Below, in pieces: positions 51,175 through 60,052 of a stretch of 64,000 nt of DNA; position 1 is the first letter of the stretch; each line of letters starts with the position of its first letter. Below the pieces are notes generated by a model. That model was given only the letters and a program-made list of their open reading frames with translations, made no database searches and was not told the DNA's origin. Source of the DNA: a phage; NCBI GenBank assembly GCA_025823825.1, contig GCA_025823825.1_4720.1; one strand, given 5' to 3'. A program made the position numbers and the translations under genes.

Positions 51175-51450
51175 TTAAAATTCCACACCGCGACCTGTCA
51201 TCGACGAAGGAACCGCGCGATAATAGAAGTAGATGTAATGGTCACGATGGCTAAAATAGTTTTTGCAAGCATAGAACTCTCCAGATCCAATGAATGATTT
51301 AATACGTGTAACTTGAGGGTGTCGTGCGATTAACGCCTGTATAACGATTTCCATTTGGTGTGCGCTCAAGCCTGGTCGAGCTGCAACATGATAATGAAGC
51401 TCCTTAAGAAATCGTTTCCAGGGGTCGTGGTGTGTCGATGATCGAGACAT
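51175..51450 (-). CDS. hypothetical protein (91 aa)
   Basis: Minus-strand ORF. Confidence 0.4.
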   Translation of the reverse strand: MSRSSTHHDPWKRFLKELHYHVAARPGLSAHQMEIVIQALIARHPQVTRIKSFIGSGEFYACKNYFSHRDHYIYFYYRAVPSSMTGRGVEF

Positions 51451-51516
51451 CTTTATCTCCTTAACGGGTGCTGGTAACGCAGCATAAACCCTCCCCGAAG
51501 GGAGGGCGGTTAACGT

Positions 51517-52074
51517 TCACTCCATCCATACTTCTTCGTCGTAATGATTTTCTATCGCATTACGCCAAAAACGTACGGTGTCCAAACTAATCGGTGCATA
51601 AAAATGCTGATCAACGCCTACATTAAGTCCGTTGGCTTTCGCTAACATACAGCGATGAATATGACCGAATAAATTAAAGTAGCCTGGGTTTCTTTCGCTG
51701 GGCTTATGGCATAGCCAGTAGGATTCGTCATTGCTAATCGGCAACACCAACGGATGTTCATAAACCGCAGCAAACCCCATACCGAGCAATTTATCACGCC
51801 ACGCTTCAAAGCTTAATCCTGTCGCTTTGTATGCGTCCTCGTCCCAATTCCCCAATACCAATTGAACCTGGATATCAGAACGAATGGCTTCCACGAACTC
51901 GAACTTACCCCAATCACCTAAATGCCACAACACACTGTTCTTTGGAAGCTTGTTGATGGCTTTCAGCATATGCTGGTTCATATCGGCGACGCTTGCGAAC
52001 GGACGGCGTGAATACGTCCACGTACGCTCGCTATCAAAATGGGTATCCGACATAAAGAAGATGGGTGGGGTCAT
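51517..52074 (-). CDS. calcineurin-like metallophosphoesterase
   Basis: Motifs MSDTHFD, HLGDWG, GNWD, GHIHR in canonical order. Confidence 0.7.
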   Translation of the reverse strand: MTPPIFFMSDTHFDSERTWTYSRRPFASVADMNQHMLKAINKLPKNSVLWHLGDWGKFEFVEAIRSDIQVQLVLGNWDEDAYKATGLSFEAWRDKLLGMGFAAVYEHPLVLPISNDESYWLCHKPSERNPGYFNLFGHIHRCMLAKANGLNVGVDQHFYAPISLDTVRFWRNAIENHYDEEVWME

Positions 52075-52553
52075 TGATTTAATTGCTCCAGAAATGCACG
52101 ACCTGATTTACTTGCTTTTAAATGCTGTTCTGCGGAAGTAAGCAGAAGATCGGTTGGTGTGAACGCAGCGCTACCTTTCCACTCTGTTTTCAGTTTACCC
52201 TCTTCGATACTGAACTGAATCAGTTGTTGGGTGCCGAAGTTAAGCGTGTTCGTCGCGGCGCTAAATACACCACCCATCATGCTGTAACCAAAGACTTTCA
52301 CGTTTTCCGTGTAGAAGTCATTGTCGATCAATTTGTTCTGGAGCTCGAGTTGGTCGGACGGTAGCAATCCCCCATCAAAGACGCTTAAAATACCAGCCAG
52401 GCGATACATACTCACCTTTCCTGAAACACCCACCACGTAATTGCCGTACAGGGTTTCTTCCAGTTTAGCAACAACGGTGCGATCGTCGGAGGTTTTCATC
52501 GAAACCTCAATACCATCACCAATTTCTGTTAACGTTAAATCAACGATGCTCAT
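52071..52553 (-). CDS. hypothetical protein (160 aa)
   Basis: Minus-strand ORF whose stop overlaps the phosphoesterase start. Confidence 0.45.
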   Translation of the reverse strand: MSIVDLTLTEIGDGIEVSMKTSDDRTVVAKLEETLYGNYVVGVSGKVSMYRLAGILSVFDGGLLPSDQLELQNKLIDNDFYTENVKVFGYSMMGGVFSAATNTLNFGTQQLIQFSIEEGKLKTEWKGSAAFTPTDLLLTSAEQHLKASKSGRAFLEQLNQ

Positions 52554-52575
52554 TCATTATTCTCCGCTTTCATGT

Positions 52576-53262
52576 TTAACACATGATTTCACCATGTTTC
52601 TTTTCGACATACGTATAAACATCATCCAAATAAGCAATGAGTTTATCACGATCCGCACAAAGCGATTTAATCGCCGCAATCTCTTTCATATAAAGCTGCT
52701 GACCTAACGCTGGATACGTAATCCAAGCGTAGCCGTCAGGCGCAAATTTAGAAATAAGATAATCGGCGGTTTCCTGTAATGCGAACTCTTTGCTCATCTG
52801 ACCGTAACGATGTTCGATTGCGCGGATACCAAAACGTTCGCTATCAAGACGACCCATATCCGCCAAACGAAGCACCTGAGAAGCAACCGAACTACGTGGA
52901 CCAGAGTACGAGGCACGATGTTCGGCAATAAGTACGCGTATCTCTTCGATGTCTTCCGGTGTGAAAATATGCTGCTCGTTACGAAGCAGGATAACCGACG
53001 CACGAATACCCCCGATAAGGTGGTGGTAGGTTCTGTTTTCATGGCAAGCGATATCATGCATAAAAGCAGCTGTTAATAGACGGCGGCGTTCGGTAGGTCT
53101 AATAATCCCGACCACATCAGCAAGTTCATTTGCCAGTTCAACAACAGCAAGCACATGTTCTTCTTGATGTGCAAGATCGTTCTTCCGAATATTTTCAATT
53201 ACTTCAGCGCGTGTTTCCTGAGATAAGAAATTTAAACAATCCAACGAATATAAAGATTTCAT
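52576..53262 (-). CDS. HD-domain phosphohydrolase
   Basis: HQEEHVLAV ... AAFMHDIACHE consistent with an HD motif. Confidence 0.6.
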   Translation of the reverse strand: MKSLYSLDCLNFLSQETRAEVIENIRKNDLAHQEEHVLAVVELANELADVVGIIRPTERRRLLTAAFMHDIACHENRTYHHLIGGIRASVILLRNEQHIFTPEDIEEIRVLIAEHRASYSGPRSSVASQVLRLADMGRLDSERFGIRAIEHRYGQMSKEFALQETADYLISKFAPDGYAWITYPALGQQLYMKEIAAIKSLCADRDKLIAYLDDVYTYVEKKHGEIMC

Positions 53263-53405
53263 CGCACGTACCTCTTTGAATCTATTAATAAATTTTCTTT
53301 ACTCACGTAAGTAATATAGCCGTGAAAGGATTTGTGTTGGCCCGTTTCGATGCCCATCGTATTTTATGGATTGTCGAATGACGTCATTTTAAGGGACATC
53401 CCCGG

Positions 53406-53442
53406 CCTCCTCCCCAGGAAAGGTGTGGGGAGGAGTTTTTAT
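53406..53442 (+). promoter_or_regulatory. GC-rich stem-loop plus T5 upstream of the helicase gene (terminator/attenuator-like)
   Basis: CCTCCTCCCC...GGGGAGGAG followed by TTTTTAT on the plus strand, at the divergent switch region. Confidence 0.4.
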
Positions 53443-53470
53443 CATACATTCTATTAAATCGAGCGCGATT

Positions 53471-55552
53471 ATGTTGGATAGAATCAATCGTCTAATGAAC
53501 CGAATAACGGTTAAAAATCAGAGTAACAATACCGTGCATATCGGGGGTATCGATGCCTGGCGTCTTTCAGATGACATTCAGCGAATATGGGGTACCTCCC
53601 GATTTATGAAACATATGTTTCGTAATTTCTCTTCTAGTGGACTCAGCCTCCACAACTTTTACCTCCCCGATTTCGTTTATATTCTCGAGACGATCATCGA
53701 AGCAAAGAATACCCGCAGTAACAAACGCATGCTGAAACACCTTATTGAGGTACTGCTACAGGAAACCTGGTTGCAAAATACCACAATCGAGCAACCTGCA
53801 ATCCTCGATAAAGCACGCATGAACAAAATGCTAACGCTCTCTTTGTTCGATTATCAAGATGAGTTTATCGACATCTATAACCGTAACGTACCTAAATACC
53901 GACTGAAAGGATACGTGTGTGCGATGGGTGCTGGTGCGGGTAAAACAATCACCGCACTGGCATTAAGCTCCGCAATGAACGTCGATGTATTTGTGGTCTG
54001 CTGTCCTAAGAACACCATGCGTTCAGCATGGCAATCCGATGTAAACAAAGCCATCGTTGACCCTGCAACAGAAACCGCGTTCTGGTCAGATACGATGCCA
54101 CCATCACAGCTGCAGAAAAGCGATAAGTACTATTTTCTGCATTATGAATCGATGGGTTTATTAAACGATGTAATGATCAAGCATAAACGCACAGCGAAGC
54201 GCGTGTTGATCGTGGTTGATGAAAGCCATAACTTCAACGACAAGAACAGTCAACGTTCCCAACGACTGGTTGATCTCGTACAGACGATGCGTCAGACCAT
54301 GAATGCGGATGTGCACGTCTTGTTTATGTCAGGTACACCTGTTAAACAAATGGGTTCTGAGATGATCCCATGTTTAGGTTGTATCGACCCGATGTTCCAA
54401 GGACAGGTGGTCGATAGCTTCAAAGCGATTTACGGTTTAACCAGCAGTCGCGCTAACGATATCCTCAGACATCGTCTTGGGTTCATGATGCATGTCGTAC
54501 CTAAAGAGGCTTACCGTAAAACCCGTCCGGAAGTTCAGGATGTTTACGTGAAGCTCCCTAACGGTAGCGATTATACCATCTCAAGTATCCGCGACGACAT
54601 GGCGATATTTGTACGCGATCGGGCGAAGTATTACAAGGATAACTGGGGACACTACAGAAAGATTTTTGATGACGCCTTGGACTACTATCGTAAGACTATT
54701 CGTACCGACGGAGAACGTAAAGAGCTATCTCGATACGAATCGATTGTTGCTCGTTTCCAGAAAGGTTACGACCCCGTCAGAGACAAAGAAGATGCGATGT
54801 TCTGCAACGCGTTTGAAAAACGTTCCATCATGCCGGTTCTTCCTTCTGATTTAAGGATTGCTTTCAAAGACGCTAAGAGTGTCATCAAGTACGTTGGGTT
54901 GAAAATTCAGGGTGAGGCGTTGGCCCGTGTTCTCGGTGCAGCCCGCATTCGGTGTCATGTCGATATGGTGGAGTACATCGACTTCGAAGGGTATATCAAC
55001 AACGCTGAAGCCAAGGTGTTGATCTTCACGTCGTACGTTCAGGTGGTTGAGCGTGTCGACAACATGCTTCGTGATGCGGGTTTCTTACCGGAACCCATTT
55101 ACGGGAAGACCAACAAAAACATCAACCAAATACTTGCTCGTTTACGCGACGATCCCGACAGCGGCCCCGCTATCGCAACATTTGATAGCTTAGCTGAAGG
55201 GGTTCCGATGTTGATGTGTAACGTGGGTCTCTTCTTGAACAACCCATGGCGTTCATCCGATGAAATCCAAGCCATCAGCCGTCTCGATCGTGTAGGGCAA
55301 ACGCAACCGGTTCGGATTTATCGTTTCATGTTAGATACGGGAAGCGAGGGTAACGTTTCTACACGTAGCCACGAAATCATGGAGTTAAGTCGGCAGCTTG
55401 TTGAAGAAATCACGGGTGTCAAATACGTGGTGAACAAGCAAGACGATGTTAACTTGCAAGAAACGTTGGCGATGGAAGGATACGATCAATACGTTACCGT
55501 AAACACCACGGAATACGATATTAAACCACGACCTGCGTTCTTGGAATGGTGA
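53471..55552 (+). CDS. SNF2-like (SF2) helicase
   Basis: Walker A-like GAGAGKT, DExH-like VVDESHNF, SGTP motif III, C-terminal QAISRLDRVGQ signature; start set at first ATG. Confidence 0.75.
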   Translation: MLDRINRLMNRITVKNQSNNTVHIGGIDAWRLSDDIQRIWGTSRFMKHMFRNFSSSGLSLHNFYLPDFVYILETIIEAKNTRSNKRMLKHLIEVLLQETWLQNTTIEQPAILDKARMNKMLTLSLFDYQDEFIDIYNRNVPKYRLKGYVCAMGAGAGKTITALALSSAMNVDVFVVCCPKNTMRSAWQSDVNKAIVDPATETAFWSDTMPPSQLQKSDKYYFLHYESMGLLNDVMIKHKRTAKRVLIVVDESHNFNDKNSQRSQRLVDLVQTMRQTMNADVHVLFMSGTPVKQMGSEMIPCLGCIDPMFQGQVVDSFKAIYGLTSSRANDILRHRLGFMMHVVPKEAYRKTRPEVQDVYVKLPNGSDYTISSIRDDMAIFVRDRAKYYKDNWGHYRKIFDDALDYYRKTIRTDGERKELSRYESIVARFQKGYDPVRDKEDAMFCNAFEKRSIMPVLPSDLRIAFKDAKSVIKYVGLKIQGEALARVLGAARIRCHVDMVEYIDFEGYINNAEAKVLIFTSYVQVVERVDNMLRDAGFLPEPIYGKTNKNINQILARLRDDPDSGPAIATFDSLAEGVPMLMCNVGLFLNNPWRSSDEIQAISRLDRVGQTQPVRIYRFMLDTGSEGNVSTRSHEIMELSRQLVEEITGVKYVVNKQDDVNLQETLAMEGYDQYVTVNTTEYDIKPRPAFLEW

Positions 55553-55647
55553 TTAAGAAGCCCTGCCGTCAAGCAGGGCTTTATGCTGCGTTTGTTGCAA
55601 GATCGTATGACGTATATGCGTTGTACTTATTTAAAAAGGCAGAATAA

Positions 55648-57102
55648 ATGAAACTCAAACAAAGCTGGAAAGACGAACTTCTCGCGTTAGTAAACAACAA
55701 AAACAGTTTACAGCTGACATTAGACGACGTAAAATTTGAACTAACTGAACCGGTAAGCGAAGTGCCCGGAACAGTCGTCGTTACGATCAAACCGAACGAT
55801 GATAGCCGTTACTTTAACGAGCAGTCTCTGACCTACATCCGTCGAGACATCGCTAAAAACTTCACCGGGATCCCGTTACGTGTTATCGTTAAAAATGATA
55901 CCGTCGTAAGGGATATCATCAATACGATTGCTGAACGTTACGGATTGGTATTTGACACAACCGTTGACTTCCTCGAATCAGAGCTGAATAAGCAGATTAC
56001 GTTCGAAGACACCGGTATTAAAGACATTACGGTTCCGGTTGCAAACACGTCTTATGTTTGGGCTGGTAATCTTCAGTTCAATATCGCTAACGATACGTTA
56101 AGCTTGATTACGATCATCAAGGAAACCAATCTTACGAATCTGGTTTATCTGGATGGCGTTGAAGCTGACACAACCGGATCGTTATTATTAGCAACGGCCT
56201 CGATTATCGACGATAACGGAAATACCGAAACAACTGAAGGTGTCCTTGATGCCGAGTACTTCCAGAATGTCCTGAATGTCATGGTTCGTTATGGTGATAT
56301 TACCAGCGAACAAATGCAACAAGCAATGCAGACAATTAACCAAAACGAAGACGTTCGTGAAGTGGAGGTTAAGTCATACGGCGACTCTGAGCTGTTGGTA
56401 ACCACAAAGAAAGATTGGGCTATCGGTAACCTTAAGGGCGCTATGGCAGTTGTTCGCAACGCTCAACCGAAACCAATTCAGTACATTCTCAAAACGAATG
56501 GCGGCTCCGTTACACTAGCATTGGACGGTTGGACAAATATTTCCATCGATTGGGGTGATGGGAATAAAGCAACATTACCAGGCGGACAAACTCGCGGATT
56601 CCACGAATACAGTGACGGTACAGAACGTACGATTGTAGCTACTGGTGTCCTCTCAAACCCTGAAGCACCAACACAGACACAAACCATCAGCGGCGATAAC
56701 ATCACTGAAATCGTTGACTGGAACAACGGATTACCGCAGGCTGTACAATTAACGGGATTAACCAGTTTGATTAAGGTTCCCGATTATATCCCGTCATACT
56801 GGACAACGTTGGAAAGTTTGTTCGAGAGCTGCTCATCGATAAACGACGTAAACATCACGAAATGGAATACCGGTAACGTCACATCAATGAAGAATTTGTT
56901 CTTTGGCTGTAACGTCTTCAACCAACCGATCATCGTATGGGATGTTACCCATGTAACAAATATCGACAATATGTTCTCGGGATGTTCGGCGTTCAACCAG
57001 GATCTAAGGATGTGGTCATTCCCAGCGGATACTTCCCGCAACAACTACGATAACGGTGCTACAGCCTGGCGGTCAGAGTATCGTCCAAGCTTCGATTTGT
57101 AA
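55648..57102 (+). CDS. tail fibre-like protein with shared N-terminal module and C-terminal BspA-like repeats (remote, opposite-strand paralogue)
   Basis: N-terminus MKLKQSWKDELLALVNNKNSLQLTLDDVKF... paralogous to 16108..17862; C-terminal ...VFNQPIIVWDVTHVTNIDNMFSGCSAFNQDL. Confidence 0.65.
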   Translation: MKLKQSWKDELLALVNNKNSLQLTLDDVKFELTEPVSEVPGTVVVTIKPNDDSRYFNEQSLTYIRRDIAKNFTGIPLRVIVKNDTVVRDIINTIAERYGLVFDTTVDFLESELNKQITFEDTGIKDITVPVANTSYVWAGNLQFNIANDTLSLITIIKETNLTNLVYLDGVEADTTGSLLLATASIIDDNGNTETTEGVLDAEYFQNVLNVMVRYGDITSEQMQQAMQTINQNEDVREVEVKSYGDSELLVTTKKDWAIGNLKGAMAVVRNAQPKPIQYILKTNGGSVTLALDGWTNISIDWGDGNKATLPGGQTRGFHEYSDGTERTIVATGVLSNPEAPTQTQTISGDNITEIVDWNNGLPQAVQLTGLTSLIKVPDYIPSYWTTLESLFESCSSINDVNITKWNTGNVTSMKNLFFGCNVFNQPIIVWDVTHVTNIDNMFSGCSAFNQDLRMWSFPADTSRNNYDNGATAWRSEYRPSFDL

Positions 57103-57117
57103 AAAAAAAAAAAAAAA
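57101..57117 (+). repeat. A17 homopolymer starting within the stop codon of 55648..57102
   Basis: Seventeen consecutive A; reads as T17 on the minus strand directly after the stem-loop. Confidence 0.8.
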
Positions 57118-57129
57118 TAGTTAGCATAT

Positions 57130-57162
57130 CTTCCTCCCTACCCATAACGGGCGGGGAGGAAG
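57130..57162. terminator. bidirectional intrinsic terminator between convergent genes
   Basis: Stem CTTCCTCCC / GGGAGGAAG flanked by A17 upstream and GTTTTAT downstream. Confidence 0.6.
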
Positions 57163-57180
57163 GTTTTATGGCGTTATAGC

Positions 57181-57519
57181 TTAGAACCAGAGTTCTTTCA
57201 TGAGGTAGGCTTCCATATCGTAGATAAGCCACGCATCGGGGATTTCTAAAGGATCGTCTTCGGTTAAGGTCAGCATGTGCAGGGCGAACGCACGCTTGAT
57301 ATCTTCCAACAGCTTATCATCACCGTAATCCTCGGGTAGTTTACGGTCAACCAGCTGGGTTTGTTTATAGACGTCGCGGAACGCTTCAGGGCTGTGTTTG
57401 TCCATCGGGAATTGTTCAGCAGCCTGAACCATCGTCAACGTCCAGCTTACAACATTGTAACGCTCACCGTTAATTTCACTGAACTGATCATCGATTAAAC
57501 AGATTTGTTGTACGTTCAT
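57181..57519 (-). CDS. hypothetical protein (112 aa)
   Basis: Last gene of a minus-strand operon, overlaps upstream gene by 4 nt. Confidence 0.45.
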   Translation of the reverse strand: MNVQQICLIDDQFSEINGERYNVVSWTLTMVQAAEQFPMDKHSPEAFRDVYKQTQLVDRKLPEDYGDDKLLEDIKRAFALHMLTLTEDDPLEIPDAWLIYDMEAYLMKELWF

Positions 57520-58409
57520 TCATTTTCTCCATTCTTATCTTGGTCGCAATCACACTCTTCGACGTCTTTCTTACTTAAACGTAAGACACCTAGTGCAGCA
57601 TGCTTGAGTTCTTGCAAAGCGCTTTTCAGCTGACCTTCTTCATCGAAATCAAAATACTTCTCGTTGTAGCTTAATGCCGGAATCATATTTACGAGAGGTT
57701 CGATGGCGGGCATCAGCATTTCAATGACGACCTTAGGATCGACAAAACGTTCAAACCCTTCAGGAAGTTTGCTCGCTACAACCTTATCGTTCTTGATGTA
57801 GAATTTGTTCTTGAATAGATCGTCAAGAATAGCATTCTCTTCATCCGTACGTTTTGCGTGAGGACGATCGATCATCTGCACAAACACACCACTCAACGCT
57901 TCAGGCAAAGTCGGATTTTCGCGAAGATAAGTTCCGGCCGGAATTTCAATGTCGATCTTCGTCCACTCAACAACCTGATGGTCTCGCGTATAGATGACGT
58001 CAACTTCCCATGCCAGACCATCAGCGCTTTCTACGGTGTAACGTGTTTTCGCCTGGCCTTCAGGAGCCATACGTTCGATCGCATCAAACATCTCGACTGG
58101 GATTTCGACTTCGCTTTCCGTTGCATCGCCTGGACCGCGATACACCTTCGTGGTCATGATGTATTTCGGTTCTTCGTTATCGATCTGTATAGCTCGTGCT
58201 CGTACTTGACCTTTCACACCACCAACGGCCGTGTTATCAAACAACCATTGATGTTGCACCATATGTTCGATTTTTGATGCGACTTGACGAAGACGTTCAA
58301 CACCGTCTTCGGCCAGTTTACCAAAGAAGACCAGCTCACGTTCCTGCTGTGTCTCACCACTTAACATCATTAAATTGGCGATTTGTTTCACGCCTCTTAC
58401 TTTTGACAT
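57516..58409 (-). CDS. hypothetical protein (297 aa)
   Basis: Minus-strand ORF. Confidence 0.5.
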   Translation of the reverse strand: MSKVRGVKQIANLMMLSGETQQERELVFFGKLAEDGVERLRQVASKIEHMVQHQWLFDNTAVGGVKGQVRARAIQIDNEEPKYIMTTKVYRGPGDATESEVEIPVEMFDAIERMAPEGQAKTRYTVESADGLAWEVDVIYTRDHQVVEWTKIDIEIPAGTYLRENPTLPEALSGVFVQMIDRPHAKRTDEENAILDDLFKNKFYIKNDKVVASKLPEGFERFVDPKVVIEMLMPAIEPLVNMIPALSYNEKYFDFDEEGQLKSALQELKHAALGVLRLSKKDVEECDCDQDKNGENE

Positions 58410-58477
58410 ACATGCTCCGGTTATAAGGGCCTGCTTCGAGGCCCTTCATTGATTTTTGATTCCACCAAACGCTATCG

Positions 58478-60052
58478 TTACAATTCAAAATCTTCATCGA
58501 TAACACGCTGGGTAAGCACTTTGTCGCTGAAGAACTCCACCTTGCGCTGATGGTATTTACGGTGCGCTTCGATAGAAGTACATACCAGATACCAGAACGT
58601 TGGCGTCATTCCTTCAAACTTTCCTTTCAGCTGACGCAGTCGTCCCAACACCTGAATGTTACCGGTTCGTGACCCCATCGCTAATGTCATGAACGTCATC
58701 ACCAAGTCAGGAAGGTCGATACCTGTACCTGCCGATTTCACCGTTGTAACGCTAATATCGTTATCCAGCAAGACCATGAAGTCTTCTTCAGCAGTATAAG
58801 GACCGATTTCTAACTCAGGGATACGTTCACTGAGATAATGCGACAACGACTTACACATATCGACGGTTGCACAATACACCAGCATCTTCATACCTTCCTG
58901 ATACTGGTTCATGAAACCCTTGATAATAACGGTATAGATGAAGTTAAAATACGCGAGTTTGAGTTGCTTGTTCTTCATGATAGACTGTTCGAATATCGTG
59001 TGCGAATAAGCTCCACCAAACCCTTTGTATCTGACTTTATCTGTACTGCGTAGTCGGTACGTTACCGCATTTACCGCAATGTATTTCTTGTATTCGCCTT
59101 TCGCATAACGGGCTTCTTTCGGATACATCAAATACAGCATCTGTTCGATAAACGGATCATCGGATACCGCTGTTGCCGACAGATAAATGATTTCCGGAAT
59201 ATTGGCGTAACACTTGACCTTAAACAAGAAATGCAATGCTTCGTGACACTCGTCATGAATCAGCAAACCTATGCCGGTCTTTTCCCAAAACTCAGCGGGA
59301 TGAAAGGCATATGGCGCAACGCAGTTATTCTTCTCGTAGTCCGCAATATAACGTTGGAACATGTTCAAGGAGAACAATGCGATTTTGAAGTCGAGTTCAC
59401 CTTGTTCAACCAAGGTTTGAAACTCCAACATACTGTAACGAGGAATGTCGGGATGCGGTGGATCCTCCTTAGCGTTCCCGCGTATCTCGATAACGTCCCC
59501 TGGTTCCATCCCGAAGAAGTTCAGCAGTGAGCTTCGCCAACCTGGCATGTATCTCGGCGACAGAATGATACCCGTCCGTACACCGCGTCGGAAGGTGATC
59601 TCCTGCGACATGGCCGTTTTTCCTGACCCCGTTTGAGCGGTGTTTAGGCTCATTCTGAAGGGGGTATCCTTACCCCCGTCCATGTACTCCAACCATTCTT
59701 GCTGATCTTGACGCCATGGAAACTTCCATTTCTTTACGAACTCCACTTCTTTACCTGGTACCGGATCGTGATAGACGATTTCCAACCACTCTTTTCGTAT
59801 CCCTCGGGAAAAGATAAAATCCAAAAACGATTTCAACTGTTCACGGAGTAAGTATACCTCGCTATAATCGCTTCTTGCCGCGGCATACGTGTTTATGGTA
59901 TCGGTAACCATTCTCCGTGTACGAGGGTCACGCCGTTTCCTCAGATGCAAACAACGGTCTCGAAGGTAATGGCCGATAAGATGGGCAAATCGAAGTCCGT
60001 ATCCGCTCAGCCTCATGCCGTGCGAGAAGACGTCGATACGAGCTAACTTCAT
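58478..60052 (-). CDS. SF2 (DEAD/DEAH-type) helicase
   Basis: Walker A AQTGSGKT, DExH box IHDECHE, motif VI-like QVLGRLRQ. Confidence 0.7.
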   Translation of the reverse strand: MKLARIDVFSHGMRLSGYGLRFAHLIGHYLRDRCLHLRKRRDPRTRRMVTDTINTYAAARSDYSEVYLLREQLKSFLDFIFSRGIRKEWLEIVYHDPVPGKEVEFVKKWKFPWRQDQQEWLEYMDGGKDTPFRMSLNTAQTGSGKTAMSQEITFRRGVRTGIILSPRYMPGWRSSLLNFFGMEPGDVIEIRGNAKEDPPHPDIPRYSMLEFQTLVEQGELDFKIALFSLNMFQRYIADYEKNNCVAPYAFHPAEFWEKTGIGLLIHDECHEALHFLFKVKCYANIPEIIYLSATAVSDDPFIEQMLYLMYPKEARYAKGEYKKYIAVNAVTYRLRSTDKVRYKGFGGAYSHTIFEQSIMKNKQLKLAYFNFIYTVIIKGFMNQYQEGMKMLVYCATVDMCKSLSHYLSERIPELEIGPYTAEEDFMVLLDNDISVTTVKSAGTGIDLPDLVMTFMTLAMGSRTGNIQVLGRLRQLKGKFEGMTPTFWYLVCTSIEAHRKYHQRKVEFFSDKVLTQRVIDEDFEL

